The notes under the pieces are model-generated. The model made no database searches and had not been told where the DNA came from. It saw only the letters and a list, made by a program, of their open reading frames with translations. A stretch of 64,000 nt of DNA, taken from positions 1 through 64,000 of the forward strand of contig JAQGDQ010001045.1 in NCBI GenBank assembly GCA_030141605.1. Direction: 5' to 3'. The stretch comes from Tubiluchus corallicola (lineage: Eukaryota; Animalia; Priapulida). Below, piece after piece: positions 51,629 to 64,000 of this stretch; position 1 is the stretch's first letter, and every line of letters begins with the position of its first letter. The position numbers and the translations under genes are program-made.

Positions 51629-52706
51629 GTAAGTTCGTAGCTTGTTTACCGTAATTTACGTTTTTTACCTTTTCTCTGTATAATTCATTTTAAAATTGCG
51701 GTTGTGGTTAAAAAATTTAAGTTTAAAGTTCTGTTTTAATAAAAGATAATAAAGATTATGAAAAGGGGTACCTAAAGTAGGTTTCAGAAAAATCGCCTTT
51801 AAAAATTATATTTCTTTAAAGAAATTTTGAGTATATCATATTCGTGTTAAAAGGAATTTTTTATTGTTTTCATTTTAAATCTCCTGCAATACCGTTGCAA
51901 CAGCGCCATTATATGACGTCATATACGCAAACTGTAAATCAGGGGAAGAAAAGGAAATGTTAAACTATGTCTCAAAAAACTTTCCATGCAAATCTATGTT
52001 ACTTAACATTTCACTTAGCTGCTTGAAAGACTTATGTAACTAGAAAAGAAAATTATTAATTATTTAAAATGTTTTCACCAATTGCTAAAATGTCACTGAC
52101 TCACCCTCCAGGGTGCACCACTTACTAACCAAAAACGTATTTTTAATCTTATTGACAAGATACAGTAATTTAAAATTTTACTTAGTGTGCTACAAATGCT
52201 CTGATTATTTTTTCAAACTTTACAAAATGTTATCTAAACTTGTTTTGAATGACTTATCATAAAAATGGCTGCGTCTAACGGTCATCGCAGGAGTTTTATA
52301 CAGTGTTACTGCCAATACAAGCCATGCATGCAAAAAAGCAGTATGTAAGTGATATGAAATTTCGAGACGAATATTTTAAGCTTGATGTAAGTGGGGGATT
52401 TTGCAGCTAAATGTAGAAAAATTCTGACCATAAAACTTGTTTCAAATGACTTATCATCAAAATGGCTGCGCCTAACGGTCATCGCGGGAGTTTAAATTTA
52501 CATGTTTTATACAGAGTCACAGACGACGCAAGTCCAGTATGCAAAAAGGCAGTATGTAAGTGGTATAAAATTTCAAGATGAATTTTTTAAGCTTGATGTT
52601 TATGAATGTTTTTCTTGTGCTTTAACGGTGTCTCGCACTTACGGGCTCATGGTACTTACATTGTATTTTATGTAATTCTCTCTTTACTCTGTTTATTTAC
52701 ACTCAG

Positions 52707-52815
52707 TCCAAGATTACTAGTTGTCATGGAGCTTATGGAGGGAGGTGAATTGTTTGAGAGGATCATACGCAATCGTCATTTCAGCGAGCAGCACGCCAGC
52801 GTTGTCACTAAACAG
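52707..52815 (+). CDS. MAPKAPK5: MAPKAPK5 exon 4
   Basis: PRLLVVMELMEGGELFERIIRNRHFSEQHASVVTKQ. Confidence 0.92.
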
Positions 52816-52982
52816 GTAAGTCATCGGTAGGCGGGAATTGATGCATCTCATTCTAGTGAAGTTATTGTGAGTCGCTGCTTTATTACTTCTGATGGTGTCA
52901 TTAGATGTACTAGCAAAACCCGGCTCTCACATGTTCATTTCAATCGTGGGTTCTAGAGCATTCCACTATCTCTTTTATTCAT

Positions 52983-53695
<713 letters not shown>

Positions 53696-53943
53696 TCTTG
53701 AAAGGTTGTTCATCTGAGATGGAAATTGTTTTTTTTTGAAAAACAAATGTTCAATGGTCACCTTCTAGGGTAGGACAATCAAGACAATATAGGGCTTGAA
53801 TCTGAATTTTGGCTTGCGAAGTGCTAGTGTTGAACGATAAGAGAGCAAATGACTATTGTTACTACTGTATGCTTTCATCTGCTTACATGTGACATGTAGA
53901 AGAAAATGGAAGTAAAAGTATACTGGCGCCATCTTTCCACTTT

Positions 53944-55260
53944 GATGTCATTTACTTGTCCGTGCTGCTGCCTGGTGAGATTATTTATAGTTTTCTCAAC
54001 AGCAGGTAGCCATGGTTATAGTAAGATGTCATTCGTTTGCCTATGCTGCCATCTATTGAGTGTACTTGCAGATTTTATTAACTATAGGTAGCCATGGTTA
54101 TAGTAAGATGTCATTCTTTTGCATATGCTGCCACCTAGTGAGATTATTTACAATTATTCTCAACAGTAGGTAGCCATGGTTATAGTAAGATGTCATTCTT
54201 TTGCATGTGCTGCCACCTAGTGAGATTATTTATAGTTTTAACAACAGTAGGTAGCCATGGTTATAGTAAGATGTCATTCTTTTGCATGTGCTGCCACCTA
54301 GTGAGATTATTTATAGTTTTAACAACAGCAGGTAGCCATGGTTATAGCAAGATGTCATTCTTTTGCATGTGCTGCCATCTATTGAGTGTACGTGCAGATT
54401 TTATTAACTATAGGTGGCTATGATTATAGTACGATGTCATTATTTTGCCTGTGCTGGAACCTAGCGAGATTATTTACAAGTATTCTCAACAGTAGGTAGC
54501 CATGGTTATAGTAAGATGTCATTCTTTTGCATGTGTTGCCACCTAGTGAGATTATTTATAGTTTTAACAACAGCAGGTAGCCATGGTTATAGTAAGATGT
54601 CATTCTTTTGCATGTGCTGCCATCTATTGAGTGTACTTGCAGATTTTATTAACTATAGGTGGCTATGATTATAGTACGATGTCATTCTTTTGCCTGTGCT
54701 GCCACCTAGCGAGATTATTTACAAGTATTCTCAACAGTAGGTAGCCATGGTTATAGCAAAATGTCATTCTTTTGCATGTGCTGCCATCTATTGAGTGTAC
54801 TTGCAGATTTTATTAACTATAGGTGGCTATGATTATAGTACGATGTCATTCTTTTGCCTGTGCTGCCACCTAGCGAGATTATTTACAAGTATTCTCAACA
54901 GTAGGTAGCCATGGTTATAGTAAGATGTCATTCTTTTGCATGTGCTGCCATCTATTGAGTGTACTTGCAGATTTTATTAACTATAGGTGGCTAAGATTAT
55001 AGTAAGATGTCATTCTTGTGCCTGTGCTGCCATCCTTTGAGCTTACTTGCAAGTTTTCTTAACTGCAGGGCCATGACTATAGAAAGATGTCATTCTCTTG
55101 CCTGCGCTGCCACCTACTGAGATTATTTACAAGTTTTCTCATCAGCAGGTAGCAATGGTTATAGTAAGATGTCATTCTCTTGCTTGTGCTGCCACCTACT
55201 GAGTGTACTTGCAAGTTTTCTTAACTGCAGGTGGCCATGGCTATAGAAAGATGTCATTCT
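53944..55260 (+). repeat. 81-82-bp tandem array of MAPKAPK5 intron-4 acceptor + exon-5 start, ~17 units
   Basis: ATGTCATT recurs every 80-82 nt; final unit is the real CAG|GTGGCCATGGCTATAGAAAGATGTCATTCT. Confidence 0.92.
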
Positions 55261-55320
55261 CTCGACATCGCACACCGAGATGTAAAGCCGGAAAATCTGC
55301 TTTTGAAGGACGAATCCGAG
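55231..55320 (+). CDS. MAPKAPK5: MAPKAPK5 exon 5 (catalytic loop)
   Basis: VAMAIERCHSLDIAHRDVKPENLLLKDESE. Confidence 0.92.
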
Positions 55321-56444
55321 GTGAGAAAATACTCTAAGCTGCTAATTACAGGAGTGTTTGCAAAAATAAAAAAAAGACTGGCTGAATCTGGATTTGAACT
55401 GGGAACTTTTGTATTTCAATAGACCACGCAGCCATTTTGGTTGGTGGGATATTAAGATTGAATTGAGACTTCCAATGATCGTAAAGAGCTGCATGGTTTA
55501 ATGGCCATGACATTGAACTTGTAATCACATGGTACCCAGTTCAAATCCTGATTCAGTCTGACTTTTTTGTTTTCCTTGTTTTTGCGAGGTAATTTTATAA
55601 GTTCAATAAATTTGAGTTTATTTACTCTTGGAAGGTGACCGTGAAATTAATATTGCAAATTTGTTGCGTTTTTGTCTAATATTTGATGTTAGAATAGTTT
55701 GTTGAGTAATGCAGTTTGTTGAGTAATGCAGTTTGTTGAGTAATGTAGTTTGTTGAGTAATGTCATTTGTTGAGTAATGTAGTTTCTTGGATAATGTAGT
55801 TTATTAATGTAATGTTACACTGTTAAAGCAAAACCAGGAAACATACTATTTTTTCGAAAATGACTTACGTGAAAGAATTATTACCGCACAAACACAATTT
55901 CACTTTCGCGCCACTAGTTTTTTGCTGTTACATGCATTTCGCTATTTGCTAGTTAGACGGACACTAGCCAACAGATTTTGGAAATGCATTGCACAAAAAT
56001 CAACAGCTGTACCTCTCAGTTCAAATGTGTTAGTTTGCAACGAACTACACACGTTCGTCAGCTCATGCGTGAGTACAGCGGTAAACTTGAAATTTGGATT
56101 TTTATCTTAAAACTTGCCTAGTTTTAGTACAACACACTGAATACCTTACAGTAGTACTGTACTTCAGTTTTCTCTTTCGCAAACACGTGCAACACACTCA
56201 TGGAATACTTTTGCTGTTGAAAATGATGTTAGTTTGTGATGTCGTCAACAGTTGGGCTCGCCTGCCGTTAATCAAGTTTTTAATCTATTATATAATTATC
56301 AGAAACACTTTTGCAGTACTAATTGCGTTAAAATGTATATTTTGTATCGGACTTGAAAATGGGGTGGTATATGAAAAATCTACCCATCTTAAGAGCTTGA
56401 CCACTCGGACTTCCAGTGTTTAAAAAGTTGTCTTTCTTTTTCAG

Positions 56445-56540
56445 GATTCTCTTGTCAAGCTGTCCGATTTTGGATTCGCCAAGATTGACGACGGAACACT
56501 GATGACACCACAGTTCACCCCCTACTACGTTTCTCCCCAG
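56445..56540 (+). CDS. MAPKAPK5: MAPKAPK5 exon 6 (DFG and activation loop)
   Basis: DSLVKLSDFGFAKIDDGTLMTPQFTPYYVSPQ; LMTPQFTPYY is MK5-diagnostic. Confidence 0.95.
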
Positions 56541-56662
56541 GTTAATATTGTTGAAATTAATTTAGTAACCTATAATAATTAATTATTCATAAACTAATCA
56601 ATTATTCCCTGTACGAGTATTCCTGTATTTTGCAGATGTAAAGCTTCTTTGCCAGATAACTG

Positions 56663-57156
56663 CAGGGATGAGAATTTCTTGCGGATACACGGAATTCCGA
56701 GTTTTTGGAAGACCAGTAGTGCCATTTTTGTAAATCGCGTAAATTCGTTGAGAAAATTTTTACGGACCCACTACATTATTTCACAAGCTGACCGCTAGGT
56801 GGCAGGCCGTCACTTTGTTTACATCACGTACATCAGTGTAACCACGTGTATATCTCTATGTATAAAAATATAGAATCAATTGTGCGGAGTTATTTGAGTC
56901 AATTGCAGACAGTTTTTATATACTTTTGCATAGGAGCAGCCAGTACTTAGGCATTTTTGAGACAATTAAGTATCATGTATCCTTGATAGTTGGGTATTTT
57001 AAATTATGCATGAAAGAAGGTAATTGATATTTTAAGTCCACTTAGAGGCTCTCTACAGTCACAAAATTGCAATTTGTTACTGGCTCCAAGGGGGCTTTTA
57101 CTCCTCAACCCTATTGGGGGCCTACGTTTTTTTGCAGTTTGTCATTCTCATCCCTA
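56663..57156. mobile_element. TIR MITE with apparent 6-bp TSD
   Basis: CAGGGATGAGAAT ... ATTCTCATCCCTA; taactg on both flanks. Confidence 0.65.
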
Positions 57157-57225
57157 TAACTGAAGAAATTTGTCCACAGATTTGAATGTAAGGGCGCTTT
57201 CAGTCTAGCCAATTTAAGTTGTCTA

Positions 57226-57557
57226 GTAACTCCCAAGTGTGTTCAGACAAGAGAGAAAAACCTGTTGTGAGTTACTCTCCCATACTAAGCCGCAAGACCA
57301 CGCTTATTTCTCTGTTCTCTGCAAGAAACTAGCACAGTAACTCATTGAGGCGTTCACACTAGACAGTAACTCACAAGTGTGTTCAGACAAGAGAGCAAAA
57401 TCTGCTGTGAGTTACTCTTCCATACTAAGCCGCAAGACCATGCTCATTTCTCTGTTCTCCACAAGAAACTCGCACAGTAACTCATTGAGGCATTCACACT
57501 AGACAGTAACTCACAAGTGTGTTCAGACGAGAGAGCAAAACTTGCTGTGAGTTACTC
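57226..57557. repeat. 140-bp tandem repeat, ~2.4 copies
   Basis: GTAACTCACAAGTGTGTTCAGAC...TGTGAGTTAC at 57226, 57366, 57506. Confidence 0.85.
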
Positions 57558-59317
57558 GGAAAATGTGTATATTTTCACATTCATGTAAAGGGCACATTTT
57601 ATAACACACCACAGGCAGTTACTGAGCTCAGCTTTTATATAAGTGCTACATAACAAACAGGTGCAAGGTATTACACAACAAGCAGCTAGGTTAATAGTGT
57701 TTCTAAACACACAAAACAAACCCAAAAACCCAACCCAAACACACCAAACAAACAAAAACAAAACCTTTAGCTACATTTTAAGTTAGCAAGTTTACAAAGA
57801 CTAGGTTGAACAGTAGGGCAGGGTTACAATACAGTACATGTGCAAGAAGTAATGGAATTCCGACTTTGTTGGTGCACTCAGAACTGTTTGTGCTAACACA
57901 CCACAAGTAGTTTTGCTGTTGAACGTTTTCATTTAAATAAGAGAGGAAAATATGAATGTTTGAATAGAGCAAATCATGCATTATGCCGGTTGAACAACAC
58001 CCTAAATAGCTTCTTTTTGTAGTGCAAATTTCATTTTTTAAATTAATAAATGATGTCACGTTTTGAATTCTGATTTTTGAACTGGAAACTCTCTTTGAAG
58101 AACATGTGATTGTAAATAATGCAATAAGCCTTTTCATAGTTCCAGCCACTGACGATGATGTGATGTCACGCGTGATGTCACGAATATGAGCTTTACGTTA
58201 TATGATTTCAGAAACTAACACTGTAGCTCATGATCATGCTTATCACGGTACCGCCTTCTATTTGCCAGCAACGCACATGTGACAAAAAAGTGCCGTTGTC
58301 AATCTTAGTAGATTCACTGAGCCGTGCGTAGCTTTGAAAGTTTAGCAAAATTTGAGTATCCGAGGTAATTATTATTTAATCTAAGTTCTGGTTAAAAAAA
58401 GCTATTGTAGTTTTCAATATTTTAAAGCATTCTTTATTCTGAACTCGTGTTTACACAATCATCCGGTTTTCATTTAAAGGAACTGCTGGAAAATGAGCCC
58501 TTTGGGCAAAATAAACTTCAAAACCAGCTCTTACATTTGAGATAGTGCACTACGAAAAGCTTTATGCAATAAGCCTGATGCGACTGATGATGATCGTGAA
58601 AAGGTCAAAGTTCAAGTGTACCAGTCAAAGCACTTGTGTGCACTTGACAACGCCTCGCAGCACATGCTGCTGTACTAGTAACAGTTTTAACAGCTTGCTA
58701 GAACCTTACGTAGTTCATTTTTTCTGGTTTCCAAGCAAAATTCTGCTAGTAAATCGCTCTACGTACACACTAATATATAATTAAGTAATGCCCACGTAAT
58801 ACAACTGATGTCACTGAACTGATGCGGCAGATGGCTTTGTTTTACCCACACGTCACGTGACGGTTGTAGTTAAGGCGCGTTGCTCTGGTACACTTGACCT
58901 TTGACCTACAGCAACTGCACATGCGCGTAGAACAAAACTGTAAAAAGGCTTATTGTCATGCTGTCATGCAGTGCAGTCTGGGTATTGGTAAAGTTGACGT
59001 TGCTATGGTGACACTTTTTGCTGCCATCTAGGGACGAGGTAAAGAAGCATTGCGTAGAACAAAACCGTAAAAAGGCTTATTCTCATGCTGTCTCTTCTAA
59101 CAATGCAGTGCAGTCTGGGTATTGGTAAAGTTGACGTTGCTATGGTGACACTTTTTGCTGCCATCTAGGGGCGAGGTAAAGAAGCATTGCAAGCGCGTAA
59201 TTGCACTACTTGCGGTCAGATGGAAAAAACGGAAAATTCCCGGGAAAGACTGTTAACGGTAAAGTTTGTAGATGTTGCACAGAGCGAAAGAGAAGTGTTT
59301 TGAGACATATAATTAAT

Positions 59318-59880
59318 AACTATGTCCAAATCACGTTGAAGACATGGGTTCTCGTCTGATCACCGGAGTTAAGCAATGTAGAGCCTGGTCAGTACTTGGA
59401 TGGGTTACCGCCTAGGAATACCATAGGTGCTGTAGGCTTGCAGGATGCCCACACTGTATCTCGACACTAGGCGGAGGAGCTGTACAAGCAGCCAACGGCT
59501 AGAGGGCGGAGGAGGTCAAGTGACCCAGCGGCCATGTGTAGAGGAGTAAACCTTCCAAATCAGGAGTGGAGCCCCGAAGGAGGACCAGTGCAGCATGCTC
59601 ACTGACTCCGGCAGCTCTTGAAGCCAACCTGGTGCCAAACGTATCGCTCCGCTTTCCTTTGGACTACACCAGGGAGGAAGAGAGGGGGTTCCTGTTGTCT
59701 GGGCAACTCAGGATCTGCATACACCTTGCCCAGGCGTGCGCCCCGGAGAGGCCACTCCAGTGGTTCAAGGATCGGATTGCTCAGCCACAGTCGACGCTGC
59801 AGCTCCATCAATGTGATCAATAACTGACTCTCTTGGCGCACACTCCATTGTCTTCCGAGACAGAAGGATGCCAACAACAA
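59318..59880 (+). mobile_element. 5S rRNA-derived SINE, copy 2 (in MAPKAPK5 intron)
   Basis: Same head/body/tail; carries two ~12-bp segments missing from copy 1; imperfect AT-rich TSD. Confidence 0.85.
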
Positions 59881-59977
59881 TATTATTACTAGACAAGTTT
59901 GTCGTAATCGGTGTAATTAACTAATTAAATATTATATTATAATTATGCGGTCGTATCATTTTTTGGAAATTTTGCAG

Positions 59978-60043
59978 GTTCTTGTAGCTCAGAGCAAAGC
60001 GCAGGTGTTGAACAATCGACTCTCCCCCTACACCTACGACAAG
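59978..60043 (+). CDS. MAPKAPK5: MAPKAPK5 exon 7
   Basis: VLVAQSKAQVLNNRLSPYTYDK; MK5-type insert before PYTY. Confidence 0.88.
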
Positions 60044-60095
60044 GTAAATGAAATTCATGGATTGTTTCGTATGATAATCTAATAGCTTTGGCATC

Positions 60096-60463
60096 CATTA
60101 TTCATTAATAGGACAAAAGGACAATAGGCGAAATCTTTGATGTACTAGTAAAAAGAATCGTCTTTTCATTCGCTGATAAACAAATATTTTGCAGCCCTTT
60201 CGGTGACTTTGCAAAATCCATTACCCATTAATAGGACAAAAGGACAATAGGCGAAATCTTTGATGTAATAGTAAAAAGAATCGTCTTTTTGTTCGCTGAT
60301 AAACAGATATTTTGCAGCCCTTTAGGTGACTTTGCAAAATCCATTTTCCATTAATAGGACAGAAGGACAGTAGGCGAAATCTTTGATGTAATAGTAAAGA
60401 GAATCATCTTTTTGTTCGCTGATAAACAGATATTTTGCAGCCCTTTCGGTGACTTTGCAAAAT
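60096..60463. repeat. 123-bp tandem repeat, 3 copies, just after exon 7 donor
   Basis: CATTAATAGGAC at 60103, 60226, 60349. Confidence 0.9.
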
Positions 60464-61342
60464 TCTAGCATGATTGAGCAGCAGCTAATTTCTTAGACCA
60501 CCCAGGCACTGCACTGCCCACTATGTGATCTCTATATATCTTGGTTTGTTATTATTTGTAAAAGAGTTACTAAAACAAAGACAGGATGATTTTTCACATA
60601 TTACCCCATTTTCAAAAAGTATACATTTTAACACAAAACTGCAAAAGCATTTCTGATAATTAAATAATAGATTAAAATTTTAGTTAATGATGGGTGAGCT
60701 CACCTAGTGATGACATCACAAACTAACAGAATTTTCTACAGTACAAATATTCCATGAGCGTGTTGCACGTGTTTGCGAAAGTGAAAATTGAAGTACCGTG
60801 CTACTGTAAGGTATTCAGTGCGTCGTACTAAAACTAGGCAAGTTTTTAGATAAAAATTCAAATTTACTGCTGTGCTCACATATGAGCTGTCGAACATGTG
60901 TAGTTCATCACAAACTAACACATCTGAACTGAGAGGTACTGCATCTGTTTTTGTGCAATGTATTTGCAAATGGCGAGAATGCAAAATTGTGTTTGTTTTT
61001 TCACATAAGCCATTTTTGAAAAAGTAGTATGCTTTCTTTCAATATTTTAAAGAGTAGATTGTTTTGATCTGCAGTTTAAAATTGGGTCCGGTTTTGCTTT
61101 AGTGAGACTTAGTCTTTCAAAGAAGGGTCTTATTTTCATATTCGTGATGTAACGTAACCAATTTCCTCGTTCCTTCTGCTCCTGTATGGGAGTTGATTCC
61201 ATTGTTGAGCGTACATTTGTGAAATCAACAAAGCGCGGCGGCAAACACTCCCTAAATCCTTGGTTTGGAAGCATTTTTATCGCGCTACTAGCAATTATGT
61301 TGCGTTTGTTTTTGCATTATTGATTTTTTTTCCGTACTGCAG

Positions 61343-61530
61343 AGTTGTGACATGTGGAGTCTCGGAGTAATCGTTTACATCATGCTATGCGGATACCCTC
61401 CGTTCTACTCGGAGCTGCCCAGCACGGAGATGACGCGGAGCATGAAACTCCGCATTCTAGCCGGACAGTACGAATTCCCGGACAGAGACTGGAAACGAGT
61501 GTCACCCGAAGCGAAAGACCTAGTCAGCAA
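61343..61530 (+). CDS. MAPKAPK5: MAPKAPK5 exon 8
   Basis: SCDMWSLGVIVYIMLCGYPPFYS...YEFPDRDWKRVSPEAKDLVS. Confidence 0.93.
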
Positions 61531-61542
61531 GTAGGTTTTTAT

Positions 61543-61940
61543 TGTTCTCTTTCTTCTTGTTCTTCTCTTTCTCATTCTTCTTGTTCTTCTCTTTCTTCTT
61601 GTTCTTCTCTTTTTTCTCATTCTTCTCTTTCTTCTTGTTCTTTTCTTTCTTGTTGTTCTCTCTTTCTTCTTGTTCTTCTCTTTCTTCTTGTTCTTCTCTT
61701 TTTTCTCGTTCTTCTCTTTCTTCTTGTTCTTTTTCTTTTCTTTCTTCTTGTTCTCCTCTTTCTTGTTATTCTCTTTCTTGTTTTTCTCTTTCTTTTTGTT
61801 CTTCTCTTTCTTTTTGTTTTTCTCTTTCTTCTCATTCTTCTATTTTTTCTCGTTCTTTCTTTCTTCTTGTCCTTCTTTCTCTTCTTGTTCTTCTCTTTCT
61901 TCTTGTTCTCCTCTTTCTTGTTATTCTCTTTCTTCTTGTT
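61543..61940. repeat. Pyrimidine-rich TTC/TTCTTG low-complexity tract
   Basis: Direct; fills the intron from the exon 8 donor to the 97-bp array. Confidence 0.9.
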
Positions 61941-62625
61941 ACTCATAACTATGGTATTATTCATTTATTTCAGACTACTGCTAGTAGATCTCATGGAAAG
62001 ACTAACTGTTAGTGGTGTACTAGAACATCCCTAGATTACTCATAACTATGTTGTTAATGTTTTGTTTCAGACTACTACTGGTAGATCCCACTGAAAGACT
62101 AACTGTTAGTGGTGTACTAGAACATCCCTGGATTACTCATAACTATGTTGTTAATGTTTTGTTTCAGACTACTACTGGTAGATCCCACTGAAAGACTAAC
62201 TGTTAGTGGTGTACTAGAACATCCCTGGATTACTCATAACTATGTTGTTAATGTTTTGTTTCAGACTACTACTGGTAGACTCCACTGAAAGACTAACTGT
62301 TAGTGGTGTACTAGAACATCCCTAGATTACTCATAACTATGTTGTTAATGTTTTGTTTCAGACTACTACTGGTAGATCCCACTGAAAGACTAACTGTTAG
62401 TGGTGTACTAGAACATCCCTAGATTACTCATAACTATGTTGTTAATGTTTTGTTTCAGACTACTACTGGTAGATCCCACTGAAAGACTAACTGTTAGTGG
62501 TGTACTAGAACATCCCTGGATTACTCATAACTATGTTGTTAATGTTTTGTTTCAGACTACTACTGGTAGACCCCACGGAAAGACTAACTGTTAGTGGTGT
62601 ACTAGAACATCCGTGGATTACGCAT
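61939..62625 (+). repeat. 97-bp tandem array of MAPKAPK5 intron-8 acceptor + exon-9 start, 7 units
   Basis: TTTCAG|ACTACT starts at 61974, 62071, 62168, 62265, 62362, 62459, 62556. Confidence 0.95.
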
Positions 62626-62676
62626 CCTGTAAAGAGTGATCATTTGCTCCATTCTCCAGAGATTCTGCTGGACCAG
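62556..62676 (+). CDS. MAPKAPK5: MAPKAPK5 exon 9 (last unit of a 97-bp tandem array)
   Basis: LLLVDPTERLTVSGVLEHPWITHPVKSDHLLHSPEILLDQ|gtaaat; the only copy that continues to a donor in frame. Confidence 0.88.
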
Positions 62677-62823
62677 GTAAATAGTGATCAGTAATTAGAC
62701 CATCTGATGTACTGTACAGGTTGAAGCAAAAAAAATGACGCACCTTCAGCAGAGTTCGAAGACGTATTTTAGTGTCAGAAAGTAAAAATTTCTGTGATGA
62801 ATGAACCTACTTTACGTGATGTA

Positions 62824-63456
62824 TTAAAGGAAGACAGGATGATTTTTCACACACTACCCCATTTTCAAGTCCGATAAAAAGTATACATTTTCACAAAATT
62901 AATACTGCAAAAGCGTTTCTGATAATTAAATCATAGATTAAAAACTTAATTAACGACGGGCGAGCCCAACAATTGATGACATCACAAACTAACATAATTT
63001 TCAACAGTAAAAATATTCCACGAGCGTGTTGCACGTGTTTGCAAAAGCGAAAATTGAAGTGCAGTGCTACTGTAAGATATTCAGTGTGTTGTACTAAAAC
63101 TAGGTAAGTTTTAAGATAAAAAGTCAAATTTCAAATTTACTGCTGTGCTCATGCACGAGCTGTCGAATGTGTGCAGTTCGTCACAAACTAACACATGTGA
63201 CCCGAGAGGTACAGCACCTGTTTTTCTGTGCATAAACGTTTCCGAAATGCAGGCGCTAGTGCCCATCTAACTAGCAAATGGCAAAATACATGTAACAGTG
63301 AAGAACTAGTAGCACGAACCTGAAATTGTGTTTGTGTGGTAATAATTCTTTCACATAAGTCATTTCTTAAAAAAATAGCATTTTTCCTTTCAATATTTTA
63401 AAGCGCCGAAGATTATTTTGACCTACAGTTTGAGATTGGGTCCGTTTTTGCCTTAA
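62824..63456 (-). mobile_element. Family A TTAA-flanked (Kolobok-like) element; other copies ~655-1068, 42788-43380, 47831-48403, 55823-56392, 60571-61101
   Basis: Six homologous copies, both orientations; TTAAAGG...CCTTAA ends; explains the recurring 'LKTCLVLVQHTEYLTVAL' ORFs. Confidence 0.8.
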
Positions 63457-63593
63457 ATGTCAAATTGACAATTTTTCGTTATGTTAACAAGTTTAATTAC
63501 ATAACTTAGCAAATATGCAATGGCTGACCTAAGCAACGTGATTACAGTTGCCGAGTATGGAGAGTAAAAATGTGTAAAATTCACCGTTTTCAG

Positions 63594-63721
63594 ACGATGA
63601 TCGACAAAATGACGATGACTCACTCGGAAGAGTTAACCAACATGAGATTGCCGGAGGACCAACTACGTCTTAAACCCATGAACAGTATTGACAACAAGCT
63701 TATGAGGAAGCGTGCTCGACG
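63594..63721 (+). CDS. MAPKAPK5: MAPKAPK5 exon 10 (NES/NLS region); gene continues beyond window
   Basis: HSEELTNMRLPEDQLRLKPMNSIDNKLMRKR, like MK5 HAEQLANMRI..LKPL.SVNN.ILRKR. Confidence 0.88.
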
Positions 63722-64000
63722 GTACGTTCACTATTATCCGTTTATCCGGCAGAACTCAACATGTATTGTGTTTACAGAAAGTTTATGTTTGGGAATTGTC
63801 ACTGGTTGGTCACAAGGTTATGAAAAATTGAATTCAAAAGTAGTTTTCATTTTCGATATAACGCTGCAAGCAATCCGTTTATCCAATAAAACTCAACTTG
63901 TATTGTTCTTGCGTGAGTTGTGAATCGTCTTTGGTGAGGTTTAATTACACCTAATTGATATAATATTTGTTGGAGGAGAATTATTAATCTCTCCTGGTCA

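Noticed and set aside
61974-62555. Mutually exclusive exon cluster (Dscam-like)
   Set aside because: Upstream units are truncated exon copies lacking the exon 9 donor, and three carry an in-frame TAG.

Overview
Eukaryotic (animal, most likely a non-arthropod invertebrate) genomic DNA. Five loci are readable. (1) The 3' half of a VLDLR/lipophorin-receptor-like LDL-receptor gene (+, 427-12142; YWTD propeller, EGF, O-sugar, TM, FDNPVY) with a possible alternative last exon. (2) STK38/NDR kinase (-, coding sequence in one exon, 22489-23865). (3) A chymotrypsin-family protease, probably a pseudogene (-, ~29413-30798). (4) BAZ1B/WSTF (-, two exons, 35425-45429; two PHD fingers, degenerate bromodomain). 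(5) MAPKAPK5/PRAK (+, 10 exons, 46488-63721, continues beyond the window), head-to-head with BAZ1B. Non-coding DNA is dense with TTAA-flanked (Kolobok-like), hAT and Tc1/pogo MITEs, a Helitron with a head-to-tail junction, 5S- and tRNA-derived SINEs, an interstitial TTAGGG tract and many minisatellites. The most unusual signal is two independent tandem arrays in MAPKAPK5 built from a splice acceptor plus the start of the following exon (17 x ~82 bp and 7 x 97 bp), which stack decoy 3' splice sites and possible microexons ahead of the real exon. All coordinates were read by eye; exon ends are good to about a base, repeat boundaries are approximate, and no database searches were run.
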